Shown here: positions 8,697 through 17,077 of the stretch, in pieces
How positions within the stretch are numbered: position 1 is the stretch's first letter
Layout: each line of letters begins with the position of its first letter
DNA from: a virus
IMG/VR virus record: IMGVR_UViG_3300045988_069429
Reading direction: 5' to 3' (one strand)
Length of the DNA: 55,794 nt
The notes under the pieces: generated by a model
What the model saw: the letters and a program-made list of their open reading frames with translations, nothing else
The model's database searches: none
What the model was told of the DNA's origin: nothing
Translations under genes and position numbers: made by a program

Positions 8697-10691
8697 TTAA
8701 TAAGGGAATGCTGCTTGCCCTGTCATATTAGTGTAGTTATTAGCTTTATCCTGTACCATTGCAAACAATTTATCAGCGTCACCTTGTAGTGTTATATTAA
8801 CGTTGTTGTTAGCTTCTGACATAGCCGCCACAACTGCATTGTAAACCGCTGGATAAACTGCATTAGCAATACCTGTTGTGATTTCCTGCTGATTGGCTAC
8901 TGCTGTTCTTCCGTCCATAGTACCAACCATTTCGGGTGCTACTTCATTAGCAACGAATAACTGTCCTTTGTTTGGAAAGCCGCCATTTGCATACCAATCA
9001 ACACTTATCTTGGGCACTTGAGGTGGCACAAGACTAAATTCGCCATCAATATCGAAATGTGGCGTTTTTATATGTGGGAAGCTAAGTCCTAAGTTGTCCC
9101 ACCAATCTTTGAAATTATACCACATATCTCTTACTTTATAAAAAAAGTTCTCAACGGCTACTGAAATTTCACTAAGGGATGGTTTGCTATCCCACCAATT
9201 AACTACATTATTCCACTTATCTTGTATGCCTACTCTTATTCCATCTGCCATATCACGCCATCTATCTGCCGTAAAGTAAGGTGCTACGTGATTATTCCAC
9301 CAATTGTAAATTCCGGTTGTGCTCCACCAAGAAGAAAAATCAGACCATTTATCTTGTAGACTTGACTTGAAATTATCACCCAAGTTGTTCCATTTATCTT
9401 TAGCAAACCAAGGCGTAACATCATTATTCCACCAATTATATATACCTGTGCCACTCCACCAATTATTGAACGAAGTCCAACTATCAGTTAAGCTGCCCTT
9501 TGCGTTATCTCCAAGAGATTGCCATTTTGCTTTTGTAAAATAAGGCGCTACGCTATTGTTCCACCAGTTGTATATTCCTGTACTACTCCACCAGTTATTA
9601 AAAGAAGTCCAGCTATCTTGCAAGCTATCTTTTGTATTATCTCCAAGTGACTGCCACTTCGCTTTAGTAAACCAAGGCGTAACATCATTATTCCACCAAT
9701 TTACGATTGCTGTATTATTCCACCAATCTGTAATTTCATTCCATTTTTCTTGTGCAGCTATTTTTATATTTTCTATGCCATCTTTTGCTTTTTTTACATA
9801 TTTACTATCATCTATGCTTGCTGAAAATTCCGTAATAAATTTAAGTGTAAGAATTCCGCCCGGAATAACCAAAGAAGCCAAAATTCCTGCAATTCCCCAT
9901 TTGTCGTATATCTCCTGGTAAGCACCCCATATTAATTTTATTGCTGATACTCCTAAGTCAATTGCTAGGTCCAAAATTTTTACAGTTATTTTTCCTAAAT
10001 CTATACCTTCAATAAACTTTATTATATTTCTTCCTAATTGTTCCCAATCAACAGAACTAACAAATCCATCTGCAAAATCCAAAACATTGCAAATAGCTTC
10101 TGTAATTGCTTCTCCTGTTTTTTTCCAAGGAAAAGCATTTATCCCTTTGTTTATTTGTTTGCCTGCGTAAGTACCTATTCCGTACCAGTCACCCTTTTTT
10201 ATGGCTTTTTCTATTCTATCAGCCCAAGCAACTGCCGAATTTTCCATATTGGCAAATGCTTTATTCCACGCCGCTTCATATTCTGCCGCCGCCTTAGCAA
10301 TATCATCTGTCAAATCAATAGTGCTACCGCCACCACCGCTTGAGCCCTTGCTTGAGCTTGTATCGTCCTGCAATTTATTTATTTCATCAAATCCCATAAG
10401 GGATAATGTAGCTTTCTTAGCTGAATCAGCTACATCTTTGTAGCCGTCTGAAATATCTTCTAAGCCATCTGATGTGTCTTTATAACCACTTTGTCCGAAG
10501 CTCTCAAAGTCAATCTTAACACCCATTAAAGAAGCAAGATTGACTAATAATCTTTTGATTACAATAGTTACTCCGTTTACTACTGGCATAACCTTTGAAA
10601 GAATTGGGATAAATAGCTGTCCTGCTACCATTCCTACCTCTTTCATATTGTTACTGAACTGGCGTAACATATTACTTGGGGAGTTGATTGT
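8697..10691 (-). CDS. Tape measure protein, exon 2 (C-terminal 664 aa)
   Basis: It begins TINSPSNMLRQFSNNMKEVG..., which continues the conserved TMP core motif interrupted at 11032. The track start is a TTG and there is no RBS. Confidence 0.8.
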   Translation of the reverse strand, partial: TINSPSNMLRQFSNNMKEVGMVAGQLFIPILSKVMPVVNGVTIVIKRLLVNLASLMGVKIDFESFGQSGYKDTSDGLEDISDGYKDVADSAKKATLSLMGFDEINKLQDDTSSSKGSSGGGGSTIDLTDDIAKAAAEYEAAWNKAFANMENSAVAWADRIEKAIKKGDWYGIGTYAGKQINKGINAFPWKKTGEAITEAICNVLDFADGFVSSVDWEQLGRNIIKFIEGIDLGKITVKILDLAIDLGVSAIKLIWGAYQEIYDKWGIAGILASLVIPGGILTLKFITEFSASIDDSKYVKKAKDGIENIKIAAQEKWNEITDWWNNTAIVNWWNNDVTPWFTKAKWQSLGDNTKDSLQDSWTSFNNWWSSTGIYNWWNNSVAPYFTKAKWQSLGDNAKGSLTDSWTSFNNWWSGTGIYNWWNNDVTPWFAKDKWNNLGDNFKSSLQDKWSDFSSWWSTTGIYNWWNNHVAPYFTADRWRDMADGIRVGIQDKWNNVVNWWDSKPSLSEISVAVENFFYKVRDMWYNFKDWWDNLGLSFPHIKTPHFDIDGEFSLVPPQVPKISVDWYANGGFPNKGQLFVANEVAPEMVGTMDGRTAVANQQEITTGIANAVYPAVYNAVVAAMSEANNNVNITLQGDADKLFAMVQDKANNYTNMTGQAAFPY
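9230..9760 (-). repeat. 132-nt (44-aa) Trp-rich tandem repeats in the tape measure, about 4 copies
   Basis: WWNNDVTPWFTKAKWQSLGDNTKDSLQDSWTSFNNWWSSTGIYN is repeated. The DNA unit attattccaccaatt recurs at about 9291, 9423, 9555 and 9687. Confidence 0.85.
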
Positions 10692-11031
10692 CAAATTTGT
10701 TATCGTATAGGCTCTTTATCCTATACTTCTTATAGTTTCCTATAAGTTCAGAGTACATTATCACCCACGTTTTTACGTTTGGTTTGGTGGTAGCCACTTT
10801 CACCTCATACTGCCCTATATGCAGTAGTGTCGGACACTCTTGGGAATATTATATTTATTCAATTCCTACTCGTTACGATACTCAATAACCTGTTCGTAAT
10901 CTATTGAGTTATCTCGGTATTAGCATAGTTGAAAACTTTAGCCTTCACCGATTTTGCCCGATTGCCATAAGATATTTCTATTCTTATGCAACACTTGGAA
11001 GATAAGCTATGTCATTAACTTTCTTCCGTCT
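10692..11031 (-). other. Candidate group I self-splicing intron (ORF-less, 340 nt) in the tape measure gene
   Basis: Exon 1 ends ...GAT TTA GCT AAU| and exon 2 starts |ACA ATC AAC. The insert ends in G. It contains many perfect hairpins, including CUUAUAG-GAAA-CUAUAAG, GUAUAGG/CCUAUAC and ACUCAAUA/UAUUGAGU. The joined reading frame gives WGDLAN-TINSPSN. Confidence 0.65.
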
Positions 11032-12303
11032 ATTAGCTAAATCGCCCCAAGATACTTTACTTTGGTCTAATATTGCCAACACTCTTAACTGTTGTTTTTC
11101 CATCTGTGTCATTTCAGACACCGACTTAGAAATGCCTAAGTTGTAAGCATACGTCGCTAATGTAGCATTGGTAATATCAATACCATACTTGTACAATGCC
11201 CTCGATTGTCCGATTAAACCGCTTTGTAAGTTCTGTGCTACTGTTGAATAGTCCACATTGAAAAGTGAGCTTATATCGCCCGCAAGCATTGTCATTGACT
11301 TTGTTATAGCCGTTGTTGCTTCGCCTGTCTGTCCTAACGAATTAGTAACAGAAGCTAACTGTGAAGCATACTGTGTTACTTCTTGTATGTTAAGTCCTAA
11401 GTTCTTTGCTCCACTTTCTTCAAGCAAACCACCTTGAATATTAACTTTTAAACCAGACAGCTTTCCGAGAGTATCGTTTACTCTGCTTTGGAAGCTCTCT
11501 GCATATGCTGTTGCGTTATCATATCCGTACTTTTCGTAATCTTTATCCCACTCTGAACCAATCTTGCCAAACGCAACCGCTTGATAGTTGAAAGCTTCAA
11601 TGTAATCTGTTGTTGACTTGATGGCTTCTATAAGCTTCTTACTGCCACGAATTACCATAAAATAAGTGGCATAAAACTTGCCTATTGCACTTGCCAAGTT
11701 CCAACTGCTCTTAGTCGCTGTCCTAACGCTCGTAGAAACGCCATACAGTGACTTTTGAAGTGAGTTTGAAGAAGTACCCACCTTGCTACCTTGACTAGCA
11801 AGATTAGCCAATGCGTTAGTCATTTGAATGACATTTTGACTTACTGTTGGTGCTCTTGATAGCGTTGTCATTAAGCCATTTAAAGCATTGCCTAGCTTTG
11901 GAATGTTTACAACGGCATTTTCAATACTTTTACTGCCTAGCTTACCAAGTGACTTTGCAAATTCTGTGACCTGTGTTGCATTTTGCGGAATAGCTGATAT
12001 GCTTGCAACTGCCTTTGTGACAGCTTGAAGTGATGTAGCTGTGTTAGTTAGTGCAACTGAATCAACAGAACCTATCTTTGTGATATTCTTGGCGAGCCTT
12101 GTAAAATCTGCTGTTCCTGCGTTCATATTCTGCATAGCAGAGCCTAACTGACTAACACCATTTGCAAGACCGCTTAGTGATGAACCATTCACAGTTGCAA
12201 GTGATGTTGACAGCCTTGTAAGCTGATTTATCAGTTTATCAACAGAATTGATAGCTTTAGTGGCAGTACCGGTAATTTTGACTTCTAACGAATCTAATTC
12301 CAC
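11032..12303 (-). CDS. Tape measure protein, exon 1 (N-terminal 424 aa)
   Basis: Follows the G/GT chaperones. It has a helical Ala/Ser/Leu-rich N-terminus and the core motif ...QMEKQQLRVLAILDQSKVSWGDLAN. The 16 codons after N in the track ORF are read-through into the insert. Confidence 0.8.
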
Positions 12304-12319
12304 GCTTTATACCTCCGGC

Positions 12320-12607
12320 TTATTTAGGGTGTGTTAAATCCCAGTTTGCTTTTCGTATTTTCATATTCAAGACAAACTCTTCTCTCTTTCTTTGTATTTC
12401 ATCTTCACCGTTCTCTTTTTTGTTAATATCTCTATAAATAGGCTTGTCTGGGTATTCAAGCTCGCCTTTACCCCAAGCACCACTTCTAACACCTATCTTG
12501 ATTGCCGGGAGTATGTAGTTACCTACTGCAAGCCATATATCTGAATCCATTCGTTGTCTTTCAAGTTTCTTACCCTCTACAACCGCCCATAGCTTTTTAG
12601 GTGTCAT
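12320..12607 (-). CDS. Tail assembly chaperone -1 frame extension (gpT-like part of a G-T fusion)
   Basis: This frame stays open upstream back to the slippery site at 12688-12694, and it sits in the conserved position between gpG and the TMP. Confidence 0.6.
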   Translation of the reverse strand: MTPKKLWAVVEGKKLERQRMDSDIWLAVGNYILPAIKIGVRSGAWGKGELEYPDKPIYRDINKKENGEDEIQRKREEFVLNMKIRKANWDLTHPK

Positions 12608-12669
12608 TTTTAGAAAGTCTGAATAACTAACGCCTAGTGAACTGGCTAAGACAAAGTATTCTTCCCAAA

Positions 12670-13158
12670 TTATTTTGTGGAAGTCTGCTTTTTCTTGTGG
12701 TCCTGTGGAACTACTGTCGGCTTCTTCTGTTCCTGTGTTGCTTCTTCCACATTGTTCGCCATCTCCTCTAGCATCGCTGTTATTCCCGACAGCTCGAAAA
12801 AACCATCATCTTCCATCGCTTTCTTAATTTCTTCAAACAATGTTCTATATCCGTAACTCTTATCTGTCTTTCTTTTCTCTGTAATATATGCCCTAGTGAG
12901 TTCCTTTGCTTCGTCCATTGTTACCGGGTTATTGTCAATACAACCTGCATAAATGGCTAAAATACAAATCTCTGGCACATCTGCTGTCATATCTGCTAAT
13001 CCATCAAAGGAAGCCTGTGCAACACTCTTGTCTGTCTGTACAAGTAAGTAAGAACCGTTAACAACAGAAAACATTTTCTGCACAATTTCCTTGCATTCTG
13101 CTGCACCGAAGCTAAACTCAACTTTGTATTCTTTTCCATTTACATTAATATTCATCAT
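12670..13158 (-). CDS. Tail assembly chaperone (gpG-like)
   Basis: Position between the major tail protein and the TMP, with an acidic middle and a Lys-rich end containing the slippery sequence. Confidence 0.65.
   Translation of the reverse strand: MMNINVNGKEYKVEFSFGAAECKEIVQKMFSVVNGSYLLVQTDKSVAQASFDGLADMTADVPEICILAIYAGCIDNNPVTMDEAKELTRAYITEKRKTDKSYGYRTLFEEIKKAMEDDGFFELSGITAMLEEMANNVEEATQEQKKPTVVPQDHKKKQTSTK
12688..12694 (-). promoter_or_regulatory. Putative -1 programmed frameshift site G AAA AAG
   Basis: Codons AAG AAA AAG lie 6-8 codons before the gpG stop, and the -1 frame is open from here into 12320-12607. Confidence 0.5.
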
Positions 13159-13333
13159 AATTTTTACCCTTTCCCACCCTATCGTCCATATAGGGAAAGG
13201 TGCGGATTTTACACCGCACCTGCCTTTTAAAATAATTATTCTGTTACATCATCAAGATATGATGTGTAGTTGGCTGTTTTGGCGTTTTCTACGCTATCCG
13301 ACACAGCCTTTTTTGATTTAGTCGAATAGCTCA

Positions 13334-13816
13334 TTATTCCCCCGATGTTGGGGTTACTGCTGTATCTGTTCCTACCATATCCTCAATAATAAGGTTGATA
13401 GCCATTGTAAGAAGTGAATTTTGCTCCTTGCCCGTAATTGGTAACTTTGAAGGCGGCTGTGCAACAAAGAACTCCGCATCTGATATACCCGGAGTAATCT
13501 CTTGAAACCACATTCTCTTTCCATCAGTTAAAGCCTTATATTCTGTAATAAGGTCTTTCCACTCTTTGATTGTAGCTTCCGTCTTATTAACTGTTACCGC
13601 AACTGTATCTGTAACTGTATCTCTACCTGCAATGTTTCTTGTCTGTAAATCTTCAAGTGCTGATGCATCTATAGCCTCTGGGGTTACTGTAATCTCATCA
13701 ATAGAATTGATTCTATGAAGAAGTTTAAATGCTGTTGGTTTAGTACCTGCTGTAGTTTCAACTCCATAACTAAACGTGATTCCCAGTGCACTTAATCCTG
13801 CTACTGTATCTGCCAT
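13334..13816 (-). CDS. Major tail protein
   Basis: 160 aa directly upstream of the chaperone pair. N-terminus is MADTVAGLSALGITFSYGVETTAGTKP, preceded by a strong RBS. Confidence 0.65.
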   Translation of the reverse strand: MADTVAGLSALGITFSYGVETTAGTKPTAFKLLHRINSIDEITVTPEAIDASALEDLQTRNIAGRDTVTDTVAVTVNKTEATIKEWKDLITEYKALTDGKRMWFQEITPGISDAEFFVAQPPSKLPITGKEQNSLLTMAINLIIEDMVGTDTAVTPTSGE

Positions 13817-13866
13817 TGTCTACCTCCTAAAAATTCGCAAAAAAATAAGAGCATTTCTGCTCTTTG

Positions 13867-14283
13867 TTACAATAATCTGTCATTTGCTCCGATTAACCGC
13901 CTAAATCGTGCGGTACTCTTATGTACTTTATTGCTGATTGAGAACTCTGGCATTGCATTGCCTTGAAATCTCATTGTTTTAAATGTATCTGTAATTATCG
14001 TCATAACCTTGCGACAGTCAGACTTGCTTGTGTTAGTGGTAACATCTACTTGAAATGTCGCTAACAACGCATTAATTGTCTGTCCGTCAAGCGTTTGTCC
14101 TTGTTCTACTGCTGGCAGTAAATGAATGTATACTGTTGGGAATACTGCTTGACCGCTGTTTTCCCCCTCATTGGTTATGACTATCTTTGGATATGTCTTT
14201 TTAAGCTGTGTTAGGGTTTTAGCCTTGACAAGTGCTGTGACTGTATTCTCGAGGTCTATCGCCCAATCGTTTGCGTTTGCCAT
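13867..14283 (-). CDS. Tail completion or tail-terminator-like protein
   Basis: Called from synteny only (between head-tail joining genes and the major tail protein). Confidence 0.4.
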   Translation of the reverse strand: MANANDWAIDLENTVTALVKAKTLTQLKKTYPKIVITNEGENSGQAVFPTVYIHLLPAVEQGQTLDGQTINALLATFQVDVTTNTSKSDCRKVMTIITDTFKTMRFQGNAMPEFSISNKVHKSTARFRRLIGANDRLL

Positions 14284-14819
14284 TAACTAAACACCTCTCT
14301 TGCTATCTGCTTATACTGATTAATAATCTCTATTGTGGCGTTGTACATAGGCATTGTAGCTTTAACGCCGTGCGTGTAGTGCCATTGATTATCATTACCT
14401 AAGTAGTACCAGCCGTCGCTGAATGCGTGGATTTGTCCTGGATATGTTCCTACGCCCAAGCCGAAATCATTAGCCTTTGGGTTCTCGTTGCCACTGTTGT
14501 AATAAATGCCTGCGCCAAATTCAATCGCTAACAGCGTGTAAAATGGCTCTCTATCTTCTACTTCAACAGTTTTACCGGTAGCAATTAAAATAGCTTGGTA
14601 GCCATCTTGAATAGGCTTTCTGTCAACTCTCAATGTTACTGTCCTACCTAATGGACTTTCGTTAACACTCATAATTGCCGCTTTGTCGCCTAATTCTGCT
14701 AATCGTTCAACAAGCAATTCACATTTATACTGTAAACTCTGCTTATACTGTTGTAACTGTCTGATAGCTTCATTTACAGACTTTTCAGACAAGGATATAT
14801 CAATTGTATGTCTTGCCAT
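14283..14819 (-). CDS. Head-tail joining protein (HK97 gp10-like?)
   Basis: Called from synteny and size. The start overlaps the next gene's stop. Confidence 0.4.
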   Translation of the reverse strand: MARHTIDISLSEKSVNEAIRQLQQYKQSLQYKCELLVERLAELGDKAAIMSVNESPLGRTVTLRVDRKPIQDGYQAILIATGKTVEVEDREPFYTLLAIEFGAGIYYNSGNENPKANDFGLGVGTYPGQIHAFSDGWYYLGNDNQWHYTHGVKATMPMYNATIEIINQYKQIAREVFS

Positions 14820-14830
14820 ATTACACCGCC

Positions 14831-15157
14831 TTAGAGTAATTTTAAGTCCACATAAACTTTAAATATTTTAGGTGATTGAATTGCAAACCAATCAATAGTT
14901 GTTTCATCGTGTCCAAATTGTTCTATATGCTGCCAATTGCACTGTAATCCGCTTTCAGATAGAAAGGCGTGTATTATTTCGTGTCTTAATTGTTTCTTTT
15001 GCAATTCTACAAAATTACCTACTTCATTATAGTTATCAGAACGAATTACTATTAACTTTGATGTATTATCACAAAAGCCGTCAACATCTTCATTGTTAAG
15101 CGTTCTTAGTTCAATAGCATATTCTGTTCCTAAAATATTAATTGTTGTGTTTTCCAT
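14831..15157 (-). CDS. Small HExxH metallopeptidase-like protein (paralog of 32908-33228)
   Basis: The HEIIH motif in LRHEIIHAFLSESG, with the same architecture as 32908-33228 (INGT/ILGT beta start, then HExxH). Confidence 0.5.
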   Translation of the reverse strand: MENTTINILGTEYAIELRTLNNEDVDGFCDNTSKLIVIRSDNYNEVGNFVELQKKQLRHEIIHAFLSESGLQCNWQHIEQFGHDETTIDWFAIQSPKIFKVYVDLKLL

Positions 15158-15164
15158 AATGCAC

Positions 15165-15623
15165 CTACTTTACAACTGCTTTAAGCATATACTTAGTTGA
15201 ATATAATGCCGGCTTAATGCCTACAATCGTGAAATCTGCCGATGTTTCATCAACAAGTCCATCAGATGTGTATGTAGGCTTGCTATCAAGCCAGATAAGG
15301 TCGCCTTTTTTCAAAGGGTACATTCCTTTGTCTGTTAGTAAAACCGCGTCAAAATCGGCTGTGTCAAAGCCGTATTCCTTAGTCTGTGCCTCTCCACCAC
15401 TGAAAGCTATGTTTGCTTTGAAGTCAACCGGCTCTGAAAAGCCGGTTTTCTCTTCAAGAACTTTGGGTATCTTATTTCCGTCATCATCAAGATAAGGAAT
15501 GAAGTTACCCTCCGTGTCGGTGTATCCCTCATAAAGAATATTGCCATCATTATCTCTTTCATAGATAGTTACTGTCTGCCCTTGAAGTGAATACTTCATA
15601 GTCTGCTTATTGATGTCAAGCAT
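15165..15623 (-). CDS. Hypothetical head-tail module protein
   Basis: ORF tightly packed in the operon. Confidence 0.5.
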   Translation of the reverse strand: MLDINKQTMKYSLQGQTVTIYERDNDGNILYEGYTDTEGNFIPYLDDDGNKIPKVLEEKTGFSEPVDFKANIAFSGGEAQTKEYGFDTADFDAVLLTDKGMYPLKKGDLIWLDSKPTYTSDGLVDETSADFTIVGIKPALYSTKYMLKAVVK

Positions 15624-15624
15624 A

Positions 15625-15951
15625 TTACTTCACATCCTTGCCAAATCGCTTCCATAATTCGGATAACTTCTCCCATCCATACATCGAAACGAACGCTACA
15701 ACAAAACCTGCCATAATTGCCGCAAGAATCATATACCACAGTATTGTCATCTGAATATACTGCATATAGGCAACAAATGCCGCTACAGTAATACCGATTG
15801 ACAGGACAAATACCACAATATCTGTAGGTACCTTATTGAATACCCCAATACCCTTGATTACCTGTGTAATTACAGATACCATAAAGGCTAATGCCCCGAC
15901 AATCGCTAATATGATTGTCATATTTGCAATCAATGTTTGCATAATATCCAT
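15625..15951 (-). CDS. Holin (three TM segments)
   Basis: Start moved to ATG 15951, 9 nt after RBS AAGGAGG. TM helices are IANMTIILAIVGALAFMVSVI, IVVFVLSIGITVAAFVAY and ILWYMILAAIMAGFVVAFV, with a basic C-terminus. Confidence 0.65.
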   Translation of the reverse strand: MDIMQTLIANMTIILAIVGALAFMVSVITQVIKGIGVFNKVPTDIVVFVLSIGITVAAFVAYMQYIQMTILWYMILAAIMAGFVVAFVSMYGWEKLSELWKRFGKDVK

Positions 15952-15955
15952 TCTG

Positions 15956-16279
15956 CTATACCTCCTTATCTTCATTAAGTCGTGCTTCCAATCCGTCTAT
16001 TCGGTGGTGTGCCGACTTTACACTTTCCTCAACCTTAATAATCCTGTTATCGTGAGAATTAAGTTCTTTTCTCATTTCTGTAACTTCATTCTTTATCTCT
16101 GTTGTGTTGCTTGATATTGTGTCAAGTTTCATATTTATGCGTGTATTTTCTTTTACACGCTCCGTAAGTTCTGCATTGTCAGACTTTTTGTTGTTCTTAA
16201 GATTAAGTCCTAAGGTAAACAGTCCGAAAAAGACGGAAAAAGCAACTGAAATAATGCTTATAATTACTGCTATTGGCAT
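15956..16279 (-). CDS. N-terminally anchored coiled-coil membrane protein (XhlA-like lysis accessory?)
   Basis: Start moved to ATG 16279 (RBS AAAGGCGG). It has one TM segment (IAVIISIISVAFSVFFGLFTLGL) followed by heptad repeats, and lies immediately upstream of the holin. Confidence 0.5.
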   Translation of the reverse strand: MPIAVIISIISVAFSVFFGLFTLGLNLKNNKKSDNAELTERVKENTRINMKLDTISSNTTEIKNEVTEMRKELNSHDNRIIKVEESVKSAHHRIDGLEARLNEDKEV

Positions 16280-16398
16280 TGATATACCGCCTTTCATAAT
16301 TAATAATGGCACACTGCCCACCACCCTTAATGTGTGCCGCCTGCTACCGTATTGGTAACGCACAATCTTCTTTAATATTCTGTAATGCCCTATAGGCG

Positions 16399-16776
16399 TT
16401 ATAATACTTTGGCAAATGGAAATACCCCGACAAATAAGCTGTCTCTATCTCTCCAAGTTCTGTTGACACCATTCTCGTTGTAGCTTGCCATAAATGCTTC
16501 ACCTGCTTGTGAATGATCATAGACAGCCAGATTAACAATAACACTCTCAAATTTCTTCAAGTCCTCGGTTATCATTTCATCTGTGTAGCTGTCGGGGTAA
16601 TTTCTTCTTGCCTTTACATCTTCTGTAGCCTGTTTAATAAGCTGTTCGATTACTGGATTATCTTCTTTGTTATCGAACACTACCACATCAGATGTCGTAT
16701 TATCATCATTTGTGACTGTATCAATATGAAATTGTTTAAGTCTGATTTTGACTTGCTCTAATGTGGTGTATTCCAT
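16399..16776 (-). CDS. Head-tail connector (gp6-like)
   Basis: Position after the capsid genes. MEYTTLEQVKIRLK...EDVKARRNYP resembles the Phage_connect_1 family. Confidence 0.5.
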   Translation of the reverse strand: MEYTTLEQVKIRLKQFHIDTVTNDDNTTSDVVVFDNKEDNPVIEQLIKQATEDVKARRNYPDSYTDEMITEDLKKFESVIVNLAVYDHSQAGEAFMASYNENGVNRTWRDRDSLFVGVFPFAKVL

Positions 16777-16787
16777 AATTTCAGCTC

Positions 16788-17066
16788 CTATAATCCTAAT
16801 TTCTCAATTAACAATTCTTTAAGTTCTGCTCCTGTAAGCTCCATTGCGTTCTCAATACCTTGTTCTAAGGCAAGTGTCTGTAAGTCCGCTGTTGGCATAC
16901 GCTTAATAGCTGTCTTTGTGTAATCGCTTGTAGGTTGAGCAGGGAACTTGTCCTGCTCTTCCTCGTATTTAAGTTCATCCCCATAAACTGCTTCCTGTCT
17001 TACGTTATCTGCTGTTACTTCTTCGCTCTGCTTTGCGGCGTTGATTTTATGTCGTCTTAATAACAT
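16788..17066 (-). CDS. Small capsid-module protein with a Rho-N/SAP-like C-terminal motif
   Basis: TADLQTLALEQGIENAMELTGAELKELLIEKLGL. Confidence 0.4.
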   Translation of the reverse strand: MLLRRHKINAAKQSEEVTADNVRQEAVYGDELKYEEEQDKFPAQPTSDYTKTAIKRMPTADLQTLALEQGIENAMELTGAELKELLIEKLGL

Positions 17067-17077
17067 ATAAACACCTC

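Noticed and set aside
3262-10443. Numerous plus-strand track ORFs antisense to the tail genes (for example 3262-3483, 4545-4827, 5292-5537, 6114-6377, 7107-7331, 7964-8270, 9319-9921, 10038-10443)
   Set aside because: They are low-complexity, Leu/Ser/Ile/Phe-rich translations antisense to long, well-supported genes. They have no RBS. This is the typical shadow-ORF pattern in AT-rich DNA.
10692-11031. GUUCAGAG(U)AC on the plus strand (about 10747-10757) resembling the group I R element
   Set aside because: It is on the strand opposite to the tape measure mRNA, so it cannot function in splicing of that transcript. An 8-nt match can occur by chance. The intron call rests on the minus-strand features.
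13198-13221. 8-bp palindromic hairpin aggtgcgg/ccgcacct after the major tail gene as a terminator
   Set aside because: The U-run on the minus strand is weak (UUCCCU). It may act as a partial attenuator, but the evidence is insufficient to list it.
16344-16550. 68-aa ORF overlapping the connector gene and the coiled-coil membrane gene
   Set aside because: It overlaps two better-supported genes in a different frame and has no RBS.
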